Below, piece after piece: positions 58,220 through 64,000 of a stretch of DNA of 64,000 nt. The translations under genes were made by a program, and so were the position numbers. Under the pieces are notes generated by a model, which saw nothing but the letters and a program-made list of their open reading frames with translations, ran no database searches and had not been told where the DNA came from. Each line of letters begins with the position of its first letter. Within the stretch, counting starts at the first letter, position 1. This DNA comes from the human T2T-CHM13v2.0 reference genome, Homo sapiens, in NCBI RefSeq assembly GCF_009914755.1, contig NC_060928.1; one strand, given 5' to 3'.

Positions 58220-59490
58220 ATATTTATTCAATGAATAAGAAACCATAAGAAAGGAAACTATAAGAAAGATTTGAGACATGATTTCTGCCTTTAGGAATAT
58301 TTTAATTTGGTTGGGAGATTAAAACAAACAATGCTTTGAAAAATTAAGAAGCAATAATCAATTGTCCATCATCGAGTTTTAGCTGCTGTTGTATTTAGGT
58401 GAGAAGAAAGTTTAACAGAGACTTGAAATGCTAGAGAAAGCTCTAAATAGGTGGAATTTTAGTTGGTCCTTGAAAAATGCACATCTTTGGGAAAAAAGAG
58501 AAAGAGAACATTTTAGTTTGAGGAATTGGCATGGATAAAGGCTTAGAAGCTGGAGTTTAGGTACATGCTTGTGTGACTTCAATGACACTCGTTTCAATGC
58601 AGTTTAAGTGCTGAGGAGTGGTAAGAAAGCTGGAGAGATCAGTCACATGGAGTCATGGAGGGTCTTAAACTAGCCAGAGATATTGGAATTGCTTTAGTAG
58701 ATAACACAGAATTAAATAAGAATGCTCTTAAGTGGGTGTGACAATTTTTATTATATTTTCATGAATAATCTAGAAGTGGTGTGTCAGAGGACTTGAATGA
58801 AGGAGGGGACAGGAAGCAGGGAAACCTGTCTGGACACCTTTCAAGTAATCTAAGTCTAAACTTATTAGGTCCAGGACTAAGGGAAAACCAAGGAAATGGA
58901 TAAAATGGGGTAAATTTGAGAGACATTTCAATAAGAGAAATGACAAAATTTGGCATCAGATTAGGAATCAGCACACAAAAATAGAAATAAGTCAAAGATA
59001 AGCCTAGAATAATAGTGATATCCTGGACAAATAGCTAATGTCAAGAAGAGTCAATAATTCATGAATTCATAGAAATTTAGAAACAGGAGCTTAGAAATGA
59101 TATCTATAGACACCGCTTTTCAGAGATGAGGAAATTAACAGAGAGCTTGAGTGACTAGTTCCTGGTCACCCTGCCTGGGCGACAGATCGAGACTCCGTCT
59201 CAAAAAAAAAAAAAAAAAAAAAAGAAAAGAAAAAAGAAAATAGCTAGAATCCTAGAGGATTTACCCTGGAAGCAGTTGGTTTAATGCTACCCGTGGGAGA
59301 TCAATGTTGGATGGATGGATTTGGGAGCATCTGAAAGGCAGTTGGAGCCATGGGAGTGGTTGTGCTCTTCCAGTGAGAGATTATATAGGGAAGAAAAAAG
59401 AGGAGCAAAGATAAAGTCACAGGAAATATCTACAATTAGGGATTCAAACTAGAAGGAAGATGGTTCCCAAAGAAGTCAGGTAAGGATCAA
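58220..59490 (-). mobile_element. L2 fragments, with a MIR piece at about 59070-59170
   Basis: taaatttgagagacatttc...gacaaaatttggc and gcagttggagccatgggagtgg; MIR cagagatgaggaaatt. Confidence 0.55.
59173..59240 (+). mobile_element. Severely 5'-truncated Alu (about 29 nt plus tail)
   Basis: gcctgggcgacagatcgagactccgtctc followed by A22 and (GAAAA)n. Confidence 0.9.
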
Positions 59491-59507
59491 ACAGACGTGA
59501 GGAGTCC

Positions 59508-59825
<318 letters not shown>

Positions 59826-60049
59826 TCAGATTCTGTGGCATGTTCCCTTATGATGAGTTCTGAGTTTTGTTATTTATTTTGCACAAAACTGAGTATCCTA
59901 TGGCATTTCACTGTGAACATCACTATATACTCATCATGGTTTTTCTCTGCCAATACTTTGATATTCCGTGTCAGTTTTTTCCTTATGCATGGTCCTTTGA
60001 TTATTAATGTTCAATAATATAATGAGTTAACATGAACAAATGTTTGTTT

Positions 60050-60790
<741 letters not shown>

Positions 60791-61863
60791 TCCTTCTGTG
60801 AAGCATAACACATTAGAAAGGCATTAGGTGAATTTTCTGATTGTGGAAATTTGAGTCTAAAAGAATCAACAACTTTCCCTAAGGTGAATAGATTCAAATA
60901 TCACCCTAGGAGCTGTGCATAGTGTGTACTCTAGATAAGGGTTAGTTACCAAATGTTTTCTTGGGGGCAAAATTATAAGCAACAGTTGGTGACTGATTTT
61001 TTTCCACTGACCCAATTTAATGTCAATGTTATTTTCAGGATACAAAAGGAAAACTGAAGGCTAGGGGCAAGGAAAGAGGTAACAGATTAACTGAAGCATT
61101 AGAATTGCTCTGCAGCTATTCCAGAAAAATTTACCTTCATCTCCTTTGAGAGTCCCCTTACTCTACCTAGCAGCCTTCCTTGCTGTGAGAGGGTGAACAA
61201 TATGAACAAAAAGAAGCAAGGAAAAGGGCTCTGTCGGATTTGTTCACTCAGAACCAGTTGATAGTCTGCCAAGAAAAGTTTCTCACCCTCAAGAGGTTCT
61301 GAGCTTAAAAGTCTCTTTGTGAACACGTGAGAAAGGATCCTTCCCTGCTCAGGAATCCTGCATGTATTTATGTGTGTGTGCGTGGGCACGAAGGTTTGGA
61401 GGAAAGTGGACACTGGACTGATACAGTACTATTTTTTTGGAAGTGTTACAAACATCTTCTCGCTTACATTAAAATTGTTGCTATACCCTGAATTACAATA
61501 ACCCTCTTGTTGAAACATCACTCATTTTTACTTGCAATAATCACACTTAGAAATTACACGTATTTCTCAGCCAAACAACGTAATTTCCTGCTTTAACTGA
61601 GCATCTTAGCCTTGCACCCAGTGACAAACCTCTCTACCTATTTCACATCCACCTCACAGAGTGGAAGGAAGGGAATGAAAATCTTATTATTTATGGATAT
61701 AGAAATTGAGAACAATACAAAGGGGCCAATGAATCAGAGGTGCCATTCTGCCTTACAGTGGGGTCTTCTTTGCCAGGACCTCAGGCACGATTCTTGTGAT
61801 CTCTGTCTTCTACTCATTTGCTGTATTCCCATTCTTCTTTTTTTCTTAGAAAACTGGTTTTTA

Positions 61864-62210
<347 letters not shown>

Positions 62211-63598
62211 TTAAATAGTATACAAATGCCATGCATTTAAGTGGAACACAGTGCCAACACATTACCAATTATTCCAAGCACATACATGAAACATACATAT
62301 AGAAAGTATTGTTTCCAAATTGGAATGTGCATTCTACAAGGAAATATTTAAATCAAAATGAAATAGCGGGGCTTCATCCTTCTTTGGACAGTACTTTAAA
62401 GCAGAGCAAGGAACCATAGCTCTTTTTCCTCACTGTATCAAATGAGGATGCATTTCCCAATTTGTTTATTCTCCCCCTCAAAGAGTGCTGGATCTAAGTT
62501 GTGCCCAATTAAGGTCTGTGCTTACAAGTACATGCCTGTAGCGTCAATGTTATTTGAAAATTCTTTATGTAAACTTATTCAGCATTTATCCAAACATAAT
62601 ATTAATCTTTAAGGCTTTTAGATTTAGCCCTATAAAGTACTATTATCATTGTATGTTTACCCATCTTCAGTTTCCCATAACAAAATATTCAAATTTGTCT
62701 GTAAATATGTAGAGGGTAGAAAAGGTGAATTCTTCTTGTAGAAAGAGCATTAACCGGAGCATTGCACTTCTTGTTGGGAATTAGTGCAGCAATTTTTCTG
62801 TAGATAAAAGAACCTCTTATCTTATGAAGAGCTGCATTAATTACAGCCTGAAATTCTGTTTCACGCATCCTCTTTCAGAGCCAAGGAGAGAGCAGAGAAA
62901 ATGTGTGCTGTTGGAAATTTGTACTTCCATTTTCTTTTTCTTCTTGGAAAATAGCTTTTCTGAAAGGTAAATAGTACACAAATGCCATGAGTTTAGGTGG
63001 AACACAGTGCCAAAGCAATACTAATTGTTCCAACAACAGCAGCAGCTATAACTTTAAAACCAAAAAACAAATTCCAGTGTTATGAGTAACTTTGCTGATC
63101 ATAATAAAAGAAGATGAAATTTAATGTCAATAGCAGTGTGAGTGTAGGAGGTAATTCTATTTCATTTTCTTTTCAAACAAAACAGAAATAGAACATGGTT
63201 ATACAAGCGAATAAAAAAACCCAGGTAGTAAATGGTAGAGAGATATCTTCAATCTATATTGAAGCCAAAAGCTTTGGTTTTAGAGCTATAAAAAGCAGTT
63301 TTCACTTTCTAGAATCTATATTAAGAGCTATAGTTCTTATTTGTTCCCATTATCTTTATTGGGTGTTGGTGTCCAACAAAATAAATGGATATATAGGAGG
63401 AAAGTGAGAATAATCTATTGAGAAGACATTCACTATGACAGAAATACTATTGTACATGCAAAATTTACCAACACTTACTTCCTGTTTTCTTCGCACCTCT
63501 TCATGAACTTTGTTCTCTTTCTTATTCACCATAACCTTGCCCAAGCTTTGTTCAATGATTGCTTTCAAAGTTTGCATGCATGCAAGCCTGCTATATAG

Positions 63599-63954
<356 letters not shown>

Positions 63955-64000
63955 CAGGATATTCTTATACATTGTTTCTATAGATCACATTCTCCAGACC

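Noticed and set aside
61039-61078. Plus-strand 40-bp micro-exon (ttttcag|...GAG|gtaaca)
   Set aside because: The pyrimidine tract is short, the donor is moderate and there is no partner evidence. Such pairs are expected by chance in 64 kb.
62879-62966. Plus-strand 88-bp exon candidate (ctctttcag|...AAG|gtaaat)
   Set aside because: The T-rich interior is unlike an exon, and it overlaps the local duplication. There is no supporting evidence.

Overview
This is primate (human-like) non-coding genomic DNA, intronic or intergenic. I found no recognisable protein-coding gene, RNA gene or CpG island. Most of the longer ORFs in the track are Alu or L1 read-throughs; the rest are short or unrecognisable frames in unique or LTR/L2 sequence. 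Roughly half of the window is transposon-derived. There are about 40 Alus (J/S/Y), a rearranged L1MA-type element at 44.8-52.0 kb, and old L1ME/MC, L2, L3 and MIR fragments. LTRs include LTR33-like, MER34-like, MLT1, MSTD, MLT2A1, MLT2B and LTR12F, and DNA transposons include MER30, MER5A and MER3. Subfamily calls come from my recall of consensus sequences, not from a RepeatMasker run, and many boundaries are approximate. The most notable structures are: (1) a 5'-truncated, polyadenylated, TSD-flanked ERV9/LTR12F U3-R retrocopy that keeps its CCAAT-box promoter; (2) a closely spaced inverted Alu pair sharing a 49-bp apparent gene-conversion tract; (3) an L1 whose 5'UTR is fused directly to ORF2 and which also has an Alu-bridged deletion; (4) a solo MLT2A1 LTR with a DUX4-type site and a splice donor; (5) a CTCF motif, a POU/homeobox-rich enhancer candidate and speculative minus-strand exons. 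I do not see evidence of a genuinely new biological system.
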